From IMG/VR virus record IMGVR_UViG_3300032240_001203, positions 1 through 33,610 of that record: a DNA stretch of 33,610 nucleotides; one strand, given 5' to 3'. This DNA is from a virus. The notes below the pieces were generated by a model. That model was not told the DNA's origin. It did not search any database and saw only the letters and a list, made by a program, of their open reading frames with translations. The translations under genes were made by a program, and so were the position numbers. This document shows, in pieces, positions 8,756-15,887 of this stretch; position 1 is the stretch's first letter; every line of letters starts with the position of its first letter.

Positions 8756-10734
8756 TGGCTGATTTAGAAAGCATGACCAACGAAGAGCTACAAGCTCATC
8801 TTGAAAGCCTGAAAGCTAATAAATTAGCAGCTAAACAGGCAGAATTGCCTTGGTATAGCCCAAAACAATTGGCGTTTGATGTTGGTTCAGGAACATATAA
8901 AGCAGCTGCTGGTCTTGGAGATATTTTAACAGCTCCAGTAATTGCTGCTGCCAATATAGAAGGTGCCGAGCTCCCCTATTTCGGCATGTCTAAAATGGCG
9001 GGCAAGGATGTTGAAAATTTTGCCAAAGCGTTAAATGTTGCTCCAGATACAACAGCTCAAGAAATTGCCGCATTCGTTGCGCCATCACCATTGTCTAAAA
9101 CAAAAGTACTCACACAAGCCTTAGAAGGTGGAGCTGCCTATTTGGGTTCTAAAGCGGGAGAGTATGCAACTGGCTCTCCTTATGGTGGATTGATTGGTGG
9201 AATACTTGGTCCAGCCGCTGCAAAAGGAGCTGTTGTCACATCAGCTAAGATTGCCCCAGCATTAGTAGAAGCTGGACAAGGATTGGAAAGAAGTTCTTTA
9301 GGGATTCGCGCAAGCGATTACACTAAAAAACGTGGCAATAGATTTATTAAAGCGGTGGAAAATGAAAATCCAACGATTGAAACATTGCCAAGTGATTATC
9401 AAACTCAAGTAAAAAAAAGCGCTGATAATTTAATTGAAACGAATGCTCTTGGCGCAACAAGAGATGCAAAAAAACTGCATTCTAATTTAGTTGAAGAAAA
9501 AAATAACATAGAAAATCTTCTTCAATCCCGATTAGAAAGTGCTCAAAAAGAAGTTGGCCCGATACCACTACCTGACGCAAGTAGAACTTTAAAATATATT
9601 ATCGATAACGCAGATGTTCATGATGAAGAAAAATATTTAAATAAACTTCAAGAAAAATTAGATACTTTACAACAAAAAGGGGAAGGCAAGCTTACATATC
9701 TTAACGAACAAAAACGTAAACTTGCTAATGAATGGAAAAAAGATCCAAATTTAGATACTGGGTTTTGGAGGAGTTTATATCTTGATTATAAAGATCACAT
9801 TGAAAAATATGCTCCAGAAGTAAAGGATCTTAATAAGCAAAAACAAGATCTTCTTGTTTTAGAGCCAATTTTAGAGCGTGAAGCTCGTGCTTCTGAAACT
9901 GCGATAACTCCACAAAAGCTAGGTAAGGCATTATTATATACTAGTGGTGGACTTGGGATACCTGCGGCTTATGCAGCTGGCGGACCAATTGGAGCAGCTT
10001 TAGCACTTGGTCTTGGAGCACTTGGAACTAAAAAGGGACAAAGTGCAATAGGTAAAACTCTTGGTAGCATTGGCGAAGCATTACCTACCCAAACTGATAT
10101 TTTATCTAATCCATTAGTTAGCGCAGCTATTGTTGCTGGTAAAACTTTGCCTGAAACAAAAGAAAAAGCAGCACAAATAATAACGACAGATCCTAAAATT
10201 GCAAGACAAGCAAGAATTGATAAGCTTAAAGCGCAATTAGAAAAACTTTCATTGCCATCAATAGAAAATAAAAAATCAGAAATTTTTCATGATAAATATA
10301 GCGCGCTTTTAAATGATGCAGCTGCAAAGCACAACATAGATCCTAGTTTGCTTCATGCTGTTGTAGAACAAGAATCTAAATTTAATTCCAAAGCTATTGG
10401 GCCAAATACTCGGTATGGGCGAGCTAAAGGATTGATGCAAATTATGCCGGCGGTTGCAGAGTCTTTGGGAATTACAGACCCATATAACGCTGAACAAAAC
10501 ATAGCTGGGGGAACTCAACTTCTTGCCGATCTAACCAAGCAATATGGGGATGAGAAGTTGGCGCTTGCTGCGTATAATTGGCGGCCAGGAGCGTTAAACA
10601 ATCAACTAAAAATGCTAAAGGCAAAAGGCATTGAGCCAACGTGGGAAAACCTTGTGGCGTATGGTGACGTTCCTTCACAAACTGAAGAGTACGTCCCTTC
10701 TGTTTTAAAGAAGCGTAAGAAATACATAGGATAG
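8755..10734 (+). CDS. Internal virion protein with a C-terminal soluble lytic transglycosylase (SLT) domain, 659 aa
   Basis: Motif LHAVVEQESKFNSKAIGP...AKGLMQIMP...AAYNWRPG at about 10300-10620 matches the family-1 lytic transglycosylase signature (E-S ... GLMQ ... AYN). Confidence 0.8.
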   Translation: MADLESMTNEELQAHLESLKANKLAAKQAELPWYSPKQLAFDVGSGTYKAAAGLGDILTAPVIAAANIEGAELPYFGMSKMAGKDVENFAKALNVAPDTTAQEIAAFVAPSPLSKTKVLTQALEGGAAYLGSKAGEYATGSPYGGLIGGILGPAAAKGAVVTSAKIAPALVEAGQGLERSSLGIRASDYTKKRGNRFIKAVENENPTIETLPSDYQTQVKKSADNLIETNALGATRDAKKLHSNLVEEKNNIENLLQSRLESAQKEVGPIPLPDASRTLKYIIDNADVHDEEKYLNKLQEKLDTLQQKGEGKLTYLNEQKRKLANEWKKDPNLDTGFWRSLYLDYKDHIEKYAPEVKDLNKQKQDLLVLEPILEREARASETAITPQKLGKALLYTSGGLGIPAAYAAGGPIGAALALGLGALGTKKGQSAIGKTLGSIGEALPTQTDILSNPLVSAAIVAGKTLPETKEKAAQIITTDPKIARQARIDKLKAQLEKLSLPSIENKKSEIFHDKYSALLNDAAAKHNIDPSLLHAVVEQESKFNSKAIGPNTRYGRAKGLMQIMPAVAESLGITDPYNAEQNIAGGTQLLADLTKQYGDEKLALAAYNWRPGALNNQLKMLKAKGIEPTWENLVAYGDVPSQTEEYVPSVLKKRKKYIG

Positions 10735-10736
10735 TT

Positions 10737-11855
10737 ATGAGTTGGTCAGGCGGAACATATAGAAAAGGCAACTACGCAACGAATGGTTGGACTGGAGATG
10801 CCTCGCTAGGCATAGGCATTGAGGCTGGTCGTCATGATACTCAGGATGATGACTTTGCTTCTGGTATTAACAATTGCCTTGCCAAGGATGGTACCAACAC
10901 TCCGACGACTAACTTGCCTATGGGTGGGTTTAAGCACACTAACTGCGGCGCTGCATCTGCTGATACTGATTACACAACGCTCGGTGATGTTAAGGCTGGT
11001 ATCAGCACTCAATCGACTGCGCTAACTATAAACAACACTGCGTTTTCTAATGACAATGTTGGACCACGAATAAGCCTTCGTAAGTCTCGTGGCGCAACTG
11101 TTGGAACAAACACTATTGTTCAAAGCGGTGATGCTGTTGGTTCTATTGGTTTTGTTGGAGCGAACGGCACTGGGTATGATTTTGCGGCGTTGATTTCATG
11201 CGAGGTCGATGGAGTTCCTGGGGCTTCATCTGACATGCCTGGTCGATTAAAGTTTTATACGACTGCTGATGGATCTAGTTCTGTTCAAGAGCGCATGCAC
11301 ATCAATAGCAGTGGAAACGTAGGAATTGGTATAACTCCTACATATCGACTGCATGTTGCCTCACCATCGATTGCTGTAGCTGGATCACTTATAGCTACAA
11401 CTACAGCTGGCGATGCTGGAATCAATGGAATGATTATTTCTAAGACAGACAACGTAAGTACTGCTGGAAGTAATTATTTCATTCAGTTTTATATCAATGC
11501 TGGAGCAACTGCTTCAGGGCGTATCGCATCCAACGGAGCGAATGCTGCGGCATTCTTCAGCACTTCTGACATCAACCTGAAAGAGAACATTGTAGATCTG
11601 CCTAGCCAGCTGGATAACATTCTGGCTTTACGACCTGTAGAATTTGATTACAAAGATGGCTCAGGACATCAGATTGGTTTTATCGCTCAAGAGGTCGAGC
11701 AGATTTATCCAGACAATGTGTTTACTGATCCGAGCGGCATTAAGTTCCTTGGTGATATGAGCCGTAACGATGCTCGAGTCATTAAGGCTATTCAGGATCT
11801 CAATGCGAAAGTTGAAGCCCTGACGGCTCGTGTAGCAGCTCTTGAGGCAGCATGA
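10737..11855 (+). CDS. Tail fibre with a C-terminal intramolecular-chaperone (peptidase S74-like) domain, 372 aa
   Basis: The N-terminus (GIEAGRHDTQDDDFASGINNCLAKDGTN...LPMGGFKHTN) is typical of podophage fibre anchors. The C-terminus (SDINLKENI...LRPVEFDYKDGSGHQIGFIAQEVEQIYP, about 11566-11855) matches the S74 autoprocessing chaperone signature. Confidence 0.75.
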   Translation: MSWSGGTYRKGNYATNGWTGDASLGIGIEAGRHDTQDDDFASGINNCLAKDGTNTPTTNLPMGGFKHTNCGAASADTDYTTLGDVKAGISTQSTALTINNTAFSNDNVGPRISLRKSRGATVGTNTIVQSGDAVGSIGFVGANGTGYDFAALISCEVDGVPGASSDMPGRLKFYTTADGSSSVQERMHINSSGNVGIGITPTYRLHVASPSIAVAGSLIATTTAGDAGINGMIISKTDNVSTAGSNYFIQFYINAGATASGRIASNGANAAAFFSTSDINLKENIVDLPSQLDNILALRPVEFDYKDGSGHQIGFIAQEVEQIYPDNVFTDPSGIKFLGDMSRNDARVIKAIQDLNAKVEALTARVAALEAA

Positions 11856-12253
11856 AAGAGTTAAGACTTGTAAGAGTCTCTGAGCATCTTGGTGCTACGT
11901 TGGGAGTGCTTGTCATTGATGGGCAGCCGACGTTTACCACCCTTGAGGATAAGTGGCTTGAAAACGAGAAAAATAGATCGTGTATTCCTCTTGGTAAGTA
12001 CACTTTAAAGCGCCATCAAAGCCCTAAGTTTGGCGATTGCTTTCAGGTAATGGATGTTCCAGACAGAGATGCAATTCTGATTCATTCGGGGAACACGCAT
12101 CACGATACGCACGGTTGTATTCTGTTAGGCATGAGCTTTGGAACGCTTGGAGCGGAGACGGCGGTACTTTCCAGCAAGGTGGCGTTTACTACCTTTATGG
12201 GAATGATGCTTAGAGATTATGAAGCTACTTTGGAGATAACGAAGGGATACTGA
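11852..12253 (+). CDS. Putative endolysin, 133 aa, with a Cys/His motif reminiscent of YkuD L,D-transpeptidase folds (DUF5675-like)
   Basis: Motif ILIHSGNTHHDTHGCILLG. It is the first gene of a cassette followed by TM/coiled-coil, lipoprotein and membrane ORFs. No other free muralytic gene is present in the genome. Confidence 0.45.
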   Translation: MKELRLVRVSEHLGATLGVLVIDGQPTFTTLEDKWLENEKNRSCIPLGKYTLKRHQSPKFGDCFQVMDVPDRDAILIHSGNTHHDTHGCILLGMSFGTLGAETAVLSSKVAFTTFMGMMLRDYEATLEITKGY

Positions 12254-12254
12254 G

Positions 12255-12497
12255 ATGACTGATAGCGACTTACTTCAGCTAAAGTCTTGGATAGATATAG
12301 CGATTAAAGCCATCATTGGTGTCGTTATCAGCATTGTAGGTATGGATTATCGGTCCATGAAGAATTCGCTACAAGAGTTGGAGCAGTCAAAGTATAACCT
12401 AACGATGCAGGTAGAGATTGCTTCTGCCGAGGTTAAGGCGGTTAAGGATCGACTTGAGAGGATAGAGTCTAAGCTGGATAGGGTGCTACAGAGATGA
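12255..12497 (+). CDS. i-spanin-like protein, 80 aa (N-terminal TM segment plus coiled coil)
   Basis: WIDIAIKAIIGVVISIVGM is followed by a heptad-like charged helix; ATGA coupling to the lipoprotein ORF. Confidence 0.45.
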   Translation: MTDSDLLQLKSWIDIAIKAIIGVVISIVGMDYRSMKNSLQELEQSKYNLTMQVEIASAEVKAVKDRLERIESKLDRVLQR

Positions 12498-12709
12498 GAT
12501 TACTAATAGCTGTGCTTTTACTTTTGGCTGGCTGTAGTAAATCTGAACCTATTAGGCAGTGGGATCCTCGGGTTCTCTATTGGAACAATAACGATTTGAG
12601 TTGTACGAAGTTAAACAATGGTGGGATGGATGGGACTTCAATTCAGAAGGAGTTGGATTTCTGCCGTCCTGGTCGTGGCATAATGATTGCGCTTAAAAGG
12701 AGCCTATGA
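12494..12709 (+). CDS. o-spanin-like outer-membrane lipoprotein, 71 aa
   Basis: Signal peptide with lipobox LLLLAG|C (MRLLIAVLLLLAGCSKS); coupled by ATGA overlaps on both sides. Confidence 0.6.
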   Translation: MRLLIAVLLLLAGCSKSEPIRQWDPRVLYWNNNDLSCTKLNNGGMDGTSIQKELDFCRPGRGIMIALKRSL

Positions 12710-12987
12710 ACAGTATAGTGATGTGGATCTTCTCTAAGACTAAGATTGGTCAGATCCTTGATGGGAAAAAGACTGTAATCGGAGCGGTCTTTATAATCCT
12801 CGCTAGAGCCCTAGACGCTCTTCAAATGGTAGCCCCTATGTTTCCTCAATACCCTTGGCTAGGTGACGCTGCGGGGCAAATGGCGGGCTTTATGACCCAG
12901 CTGGAAAGCATCCTGAACAACCTTGGCTTTGGATTGCTAACGGTTGGAGTTCTTCACAAGTCGGTAAAGGCTCAGTTGCCTAATTGA
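12706..12987 (+). CDS. Membrane protein, 93 aa (holin candidate)
   Basis: Two hydrophobic stretches (VIGAVFIILARAL, GFGLLTVGVL); last gene of the lysis cassette. Confidence 0.4.
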   Translation: MNSIVMWIFSKTKIGQILDGKKTVIGAVFIILARALDALQMVAPMFPQYPWLGDAAGQMAGFMTQLESILNNLGFGLLTVGVLHKSVKAQLPN

Positions 12988-13336
12988 ACTTGCGGCGTTT
13001 CACGAGGATGTTTCTTAGACTCAGCCTTGTTCTGATGTAGTTTTGTCGTTCAGCTGGCGTTAGCTCGTGCTTTGCTGCCTTGATTATGCGGCGGCGGATC
13101 TTGTTAGCTGCGTCATCGCCATGGTCAAAGAGCATGTTGCAGATATAATTAAGGTTGCATGGGGTAGGGGTATCGAGAAAGAAGAACCGCTCCAGGTCTC
13201 TTCTCCAACAGAATTCTAACTCGGTGCCCATAATGTAGTCGGCGATTGCTCGTTCGATTACTGCGAGCCAGAGGTTACGCTCGGGGACGTTGTGAGATTC
13301 TCCCTCCAGGTCTCTGAACTCTTCCCATAGTTTCAT
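12980..13336 (-). CDS. Hypothetical early protein, 118 aa
   Basis: ORF with an ATGA overlap to the upstream VRR-NUC gene; its stop overlaps the convergent plus-strand gene by 8 nt. Confidence 0.65.
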   Translation of the reverse strand: MKLWEEFRDLEGESHNVPERNLWLAVIERAIADYIMGTELEFCWRRDLERFFFLDTPTPCNLNYICNMLFDHGDDAANKIRRRIIKAAKHELTPAERQNYIRTRLSLRNILVKRRKFN

Positions 13337-13716
13337 AGTTTATTAGCAAGATACTTATCGAGTGCTTCCATAGCCTCGGCGGCTGACCAGCAGAGTATGG
13401 CATAGTTTCCGACTGAGTTTAGATGCTTTAGTAAAGCAATCTGTTCAGGCGAAGGTTTATTGGGTTTTACCTTCATCTCGATATAGAGGGAATGATACTT
13501 GTCATTGGGCACCGGAACGCAAATATCAGGGATGCCTTTTTTTACTCCGGCTTTAGCCATTGTGATGCGGCGCTGAACGGATGCCTTGCGCTCATTGGGT
13601 ATATGGTATGCCAGGGCGTATGCTGGCTTAACATGAGCCATAGCACGGCAATAATCGAAGAAAGCAATCATCTGCAATTCTTCGGGTCCGTGCTTGAATT
13701 GTCGTCTAGGGGGCAC
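13333..13716 (-). CDS. VRR-NUC domain nuclease, about 127 aa (start uncertain: GTG at 13716, or an internal ATG 15 codons in)
   Basis: GIPDICVPVP...SLYIEMKVKPNKPSPEQIALLKHLNSVGNYAILCWSAAEA fits the VRR-NUC D...E.K core plus the Q...G tail. Confidence 0.75.
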   Translation of the reverse strand: MPPRRQFKHGPEELQMIAFFDYCRAMAHVKPAYALAYHIPNERKASVQRRITMAKAGVKKGIPDICVPVPNDKYHSLYIEMKVKPNKPSPEQIALLKHLNSVGNYAILCWSAAEAMEALDKYLANKL

Positions 13717-13718
13717 TG

Positions 13719-13949
13719 TTATCGTTTAGCGTAGGTCTCGCCTCGCTCTTCGGCGGCGCCTTGGACCTTCTCACGCTTCTCTTGCGCCATGGTCTCATTC
13801 TTGTGTGGAGACTTCTTCTTCTTTTTGGTTACGCCCTTGATGGAACCTTTGTTCTCGCTGGCATAGAACACGGAATCTCCCTTTTCTTTGGAACCGTAAA
13901 ACTCTTCCATCTTTTCTCTGATCTTGAGACCCTTCTTATTGAGCGGCAT
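13719..13949 (-). CDS. Small Lys-rich basic protein, 76 aa
   Basis: CAGGAGAG SD 3 nt upstream of the ATG; lies downstream of a promoter-like element. Confidence 0.65.
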   Translation of the reverse strand: MPLNKKGLKIREKMEEFYGSKEKGDSVFYASENKGSIKGVTKKKKKSPHKNETMAQEKREKVQGAAEERGETYAKR

Positions 13950-13975
13950 AACTCTCCTGGTTAGTTACGGCTTAA

Positions 13976-14003
13976 AGTATAGCACCCTTTGTAGGGCTTG
14001 TAA
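13976..14003 (-). promoter_or_regulatory. Sigma70-like promoter candidate inside the leftward operon (TTACAA-16 nt-TATACT)
   Basis: Minus-strand -35 at 14003-13998 and -10 at 13981-13976, in the only real gap (62 nt) of this operon. Confidence 0.4.
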
Positions 14004-14011
14004 GAGCCTTT

Positions 14012-14221
14012 TTAGGCGTCTGAAAACTCGTCCCTTATCTTTGCCTTAACTTCTTCTACAAGCTCGTTTAGCTCGTCTATACGGTCTTGTACGGCACAAT
14101 TAGACCATCCTGAGAGAAAGGCAGCGTAAAGGTCGTCTATGTCATAGGTGGTTTTTCCTACTGACTCGATGATCTCAAGGTAAATATCAGCGTACTTTTC
14201 GGCTTGGTCTTTGTCGCTCAT
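14012..14221 (-). CDS. Acidic hypothetical protein, 69 aa
   Basis: The ATG at 14221 has a GAGGTGG SD and an ATGA overlap with the upstream stop; preferred over the track start at 14236. Confidence 0.6.
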   Translation of the reverse strand: MSDKDQAEKYADIYLEIIESVGKTTYDIDDLYAAFLSGWSNCAVQDRIDELNELVEEVKAKIRDEFSDA

Positions 14222-14382
14222 GCTGCCACCTCGCAATCATGTCCCTTATCATCCCACCATTCATTCTCACAGTTGAAACAGGTGCAACCGCAATAATCGC
14301 AACACTCTGAACAGATAAGGCTATCGGTGTTTACGTCTGCTCCACAGCATGTGGATACGATGCTTACTTGTGTTGGTCTCAT
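14218..14382 (-). CDS. Cys-rich small protein, 54 aa (10 Cys; probable metal-binding)
   Basis: The ATG at 14382 is preceded by GGAGGGTAT and has an ATGA overlap with the upstream stop. Motifs CC, C..CC..C.C.C..C. Confidence 0.6.
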   Translation of the reverse strand: MRPTQVSIVSTCCGADVNTDSLICSECCDYCGCTCFNCENEWWDDKGHDCEVAA

Positions 14383-14645
14383 ATACCCTCCTTTTCCATA
14401 ATAACTGCGGGACCGCATAGCTGGCTTACCTTAACGCTCTTACAGTGCGTGACCTCAGTTAGAAGCGCCTTAGCTAACTCCTCCGGTGTGGCGTCATAGT
14501 GTTGGTCAATAATCGGCTTGATATCGGGGCGGCTTTGATAGGAATGCTTAAAGTCCGAGGCCTCTCGAATCTTTAAGACTACCTCCCACTTGCCGTCGAT
14601 AACCCTATGCAGCGAATAAATGTTCATAAGCTGCCCAGCTATCAA
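14379..14645 (-). CDS. Hypothetical protein, 82-88 aa (start is TTG at 14645, coupled as TTGA, or ATG at 14627)
   Basis: ORF in the operon; the start cannot be resolved from sequence. Confidence 0.55.
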   Translation of the reverse strand: MIAGQLMNIYSLHRVIDGKWEVVLKIREASDFKHSYQSRPDIKPIIDQHYDATPEELAKALLTEVTHCKSVKVSQLCGPAVIMEKEGI

Positions 14646-14944
14646 AAGGGGATCTCATCATCTGTCAGGTCTTTAACGAGCGCCGCGACAGCAGGGTTTA
14701 CGGGACGTGTATCAACGAATGGCACAGGTTCCCCAAACTCGCTATGCGCCCAGTCAGTAGCTTGCTTGGCTAAGTCTATGAGGATTGCAAGGTCATTAGG
14801 AAAGAGCGTCTTTGTTTCCTTGTACTCGGTAGAGTCCTTAGGCTTGTAGCTCTTGCGGATGGTGAAGCTCACGCCGCCGTTGTTCGTAGGCCATGCGGCG
14901 ATATCCAGTCCTTTGTTGCGCCATGTTTTGAGTGGTCGTGCCAT
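14642..14944 (-). CDS. 100-aa protein ending in an SSB-type C-terminal tip (..LTDDEIPF); candidate non-canonical ssDNA-binding protein or SSB-interactome mimic
   Basis: The last six codons (14662-14645, minus strand) read D-D-E-I-P-F then stop. First gene of the leftward operon; AAGGAG SD. Confidence 0.55.
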   Translation of the reverse strand: MARPLKTWRNKGLDIAAWPTNNGGVSFTIRKSYKPKDSTEYKETKTLFPNDLAILIDLAKQATDWAHSEFGEPVPFVDTRPVNPAVAALVKDLTDDEIPF

Positions 14945-14955
14945 AAACTCCTTTG

Positions 14956-14984
14956 TTGATTATTCAATAGCAACCATTTACACT
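14956..14984 (+). promoter_or_regulatory. Promoter candidate TTGATT-17 nt-TACACT placed for a leaderless or near-leaderless transcript of the 14993 gene
   Basis: -35 at 14956-14961 and -10 at 14979-14984, with the ATG 8 nt downstream. No SD precedes any candidate start of this ORF. Confidence 0.35.
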
Positions 14985-14992
14985 AACATTCT

Positions 14993-15196
14993 ATGGAAGA
15001 CAACCAGAAACAACCAGAACCATACGTTAATATGCACCGGCTAATGGATCACTTTAAGGTTTCACGTCCAAAGGTGGAGGCTATGATTCACGAGGGATTG
15101 CCAATGTTGAGGCTAGGGAGAAGTCGTCGTTTTAAGATTACGGAAGTAGAAGAGTGGCTAAAAGCAAAACAGGAAGATCAGCATGAACGAGCATAA
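14993..15196 (+). CDS. Xis/AlpA/MerR-like helix-turn-helix DNA-binding protein, 67 aa
   Basis: FKVSRPKVEAMIHEGLPMLRLGRSRRFKITEVEEWL fits the excisionase-type HTH pattern. Confidence 0.55.
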   Translation: MEDNQKQPEPYVNMHRLMDHFKVSRPKVEAMIHEGLPMLRLGRSRRFKITEVEEWLKAKQEDQHERA

Positions 15197-15800
15197 TCCA
15201 TGGAAAATAAGCCTTTTAATGGATGATGAAATAATCACAAGCAAAGACCTAACTTGGACTGAGCGAATCGTTTATTCGTACATTCAAGGATTTGTTAGAA
15301 ACAACAAGATCTGTTGGGCTACCAGTAAGACAATAGCAGAACGCTTTCACTTTAATGAGAGTCATGTTCGGGCGGCGAGGTCTCGACTGGTTAAACGAGG
15401 GATGCTTGAAAAGTTTGAGCACAAAGGAAGGTACTATTTTACGACCGCCAAGTCCCCGAGCGGCATCCTTGAGCGGAATGACATCCCAGAAAAAAGTGAA
15501 CAAAATCAAGCGCACGAAATTCCAACACTGTTGGCTACCGCCAACGTTGGAAATTCCAACACTGTTGGTCAGCGCCAACACCCCCTGTTGGCTGGCACCA
15601 ACACCGACCGTTGGCTACCGCCAACACCCCTGTTGGCTAGCGCCAACACATATAATAAAGATAATATAGATCTTAATAGTAAATCTAATATCTCTATGAC
15701 TGAGAAGATGAAATTGGAAGCTGAAGAGGAGTTTGTTTCTAAAAATATCGATGCTCTCAACAAAGCCGCTGAACGATTGGGATTGAATAAAAGGTTCTAA
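15183..15800 (+). CDS. Replication-initiator-like protein, 205 aa (N-terminal winged helix; iterons within its own coding sequence)
   Basis: The N-terminus (ERIVYSYIQGF...SKTIAERFHFNESHVRAARSRLVKRGMLEK) is wHTH-like. The central linker is encoded by the repeat array at 15522-15650, as in lambda O. Confidence 0.5.
   Translation: MNEHNPWKISLLMDDEIITSKDLTWTERIVYSYIQGFVRNNKICWATSKTIAERFHFNESHVRAARSRLVKRGMLEKFEHKGRYYFTTAKSPSGILERNDIPEKSEQNQAHEIPTLLATANVGNSNTVGQRQHPLLAGTNTDRWLPPTPLLASANTYNKDNIDLNSKSNISMTEKMKLEAEEEFVSKNIDALNKAAERLGLNKRF
15522..15700. promoter_or_regulatory. Putative replication origin: seven CCAAC(N0-7)GTTGG-type sites followed by a 50-bp AT-rich tract
   Basis: Sites at 15522-34, 15541-50, 15556-68, 15575-91, 15598-614 and 15621-36, plus a half-site at 15643-50. 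The 6-nt spacers recur (ctaccg x2, ctagcg, tcagcg, ctggca). AT-rich tract at 15651-15700. Confidence 0.6.
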
Positions 15801-15842
15801 TCAATTTTAAGATGTGTTAGGTTTCTCAAAACCCACAAGTTT

Positions 15843-15883
15843 CCCCGCCTAGTGTGATTACCCTCCGCTAGACGGGGTTTTTT
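15843..15883 (+). terminator. Rho-independent terminator (CCCCGCCTAG ... CTAGACGGGG then TTTTTT)
   Basis: 10-bp stem with one mismatch, 15843-52 / 15868-77; T6 at 15878-83; lies between convergent genes. Confidence 0.7.
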
Positions 15884-15887
15884 CTTT

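Noticed and set aside
14993-15196. Excisionase, implying a temperate lifestyle
   Set aside because: The Xis-like HTH fold is shared by many regulators. No integrase, attP-like site, CI-type repressor with a protease domain, or partition genes are visible, so lysogeny cannot be supported.
15355-15669. 104-aa alternative-frame ORF across the iteron array (and the minus-strand ORF 15249-15581)
   Set aside because: They are kept open by the repetitive CCAAC/GTTGG sequence. The 15183-15800 frame has the coherent wHTH N-terminus and proper coupling to the upstream gene.
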